From NCBI GenBank assembly GCA_050049355.1, contig JASFWK010000003.1, positions 1 through 55,933 of the forward strand: DNA of 55,933 nucleotides, given 5' to 3'. Positions 55,900 through 55,933 of the stretch are shown piece after piece. The stretch is from Anaerolineae bacterium (GTDB taxonomy: Bacteria; Chloroflexota; Anaerolineae; B4-G1; DUEL01). Every line of letters begins with the position of its first letter. Position 1 is the stretch's first letter. The notes beneath the pieces were generated by a model that saw only the letters and a list, made by a program, of their open reading frames with translations, ran no database searches and had not been told where the DNA came from. The position numbers were made by a program, and so were the translations under genes.

Positions 55900-55933
55900 C
55901 CGAACGACTCCTTCTCTGGGCTCAGGGTTCTCT

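Noticed and set aside
1-55933. I looked for CRISPR arrays, IS elements or transposases, integrases, toxin-antitoxin pairs, restriction-modification genes or other defence genes, and rRNA/tRNA genes.
   Set aside because: I saw no direct-repeat/spacer arrays, no terminal inverted repeats flanking ORFs, and no DDE/tyrosine/serine recombinase, nuclease-helicase or methyltransferase signatures in any credible ORF. The window appears to be core chromosome.

Overview
GC-rich, densely coding bacterial chromosomal segment with about 45 CDS and many 4-bp overlaps or very short gaps. It reads as core genome rather than an island. I found no rRNA, tRNA, CRISPR array, transposase, integrase or phage module. 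Gene content points to Chloroflexota: a DUF2298/'YYY' plus TIGR03663-type giant membrane protein pair, split methylmalonyl-CoA mutase, minCDE plus a RodA/FtsW-family gene, and Gram-positive-type GAAC-N4-GTTC LexA boxes. This assignment is an inference; no marker RNA is present. Housekeeping genes: mgtE, rnd, a beta-CASP RNase, ppa, gltX, minCDE, thiI, sppA, uvrB, mutS2, cvpA, ridA and an M29 aminopeptidase. Items worth a second look: (1) a membrane-anchored thioredoxin-fold gene whose only interruption is an in-frame TGA exactly at the first Cys of the CXXC motif, followed by a SECIS-like hairpin, making it a candidate selenoprotein; (2) two Cheo-type LexA boxes flanking a divergent pair of unknown genes next to uvrB; (3) two envelope-glycosylation modules, one being three tandem giant GT-C-like membrane proteins (one fused to an NHL propeller), the other a polyprenol-phosphate sugar synthase translationally coupled to a YfhO-MOP flippase fusion; (4) a roadblock/V4R/REC-degenerate-GGDEF signalling cluster with no GTPase; (5) a decayed histidine-kinase core upstream of an intact orphan receiver; (6) several structured leaders. 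Promoter, operator and RNA calls come from reading the sequence by eye and need computational or experimental confirmation.
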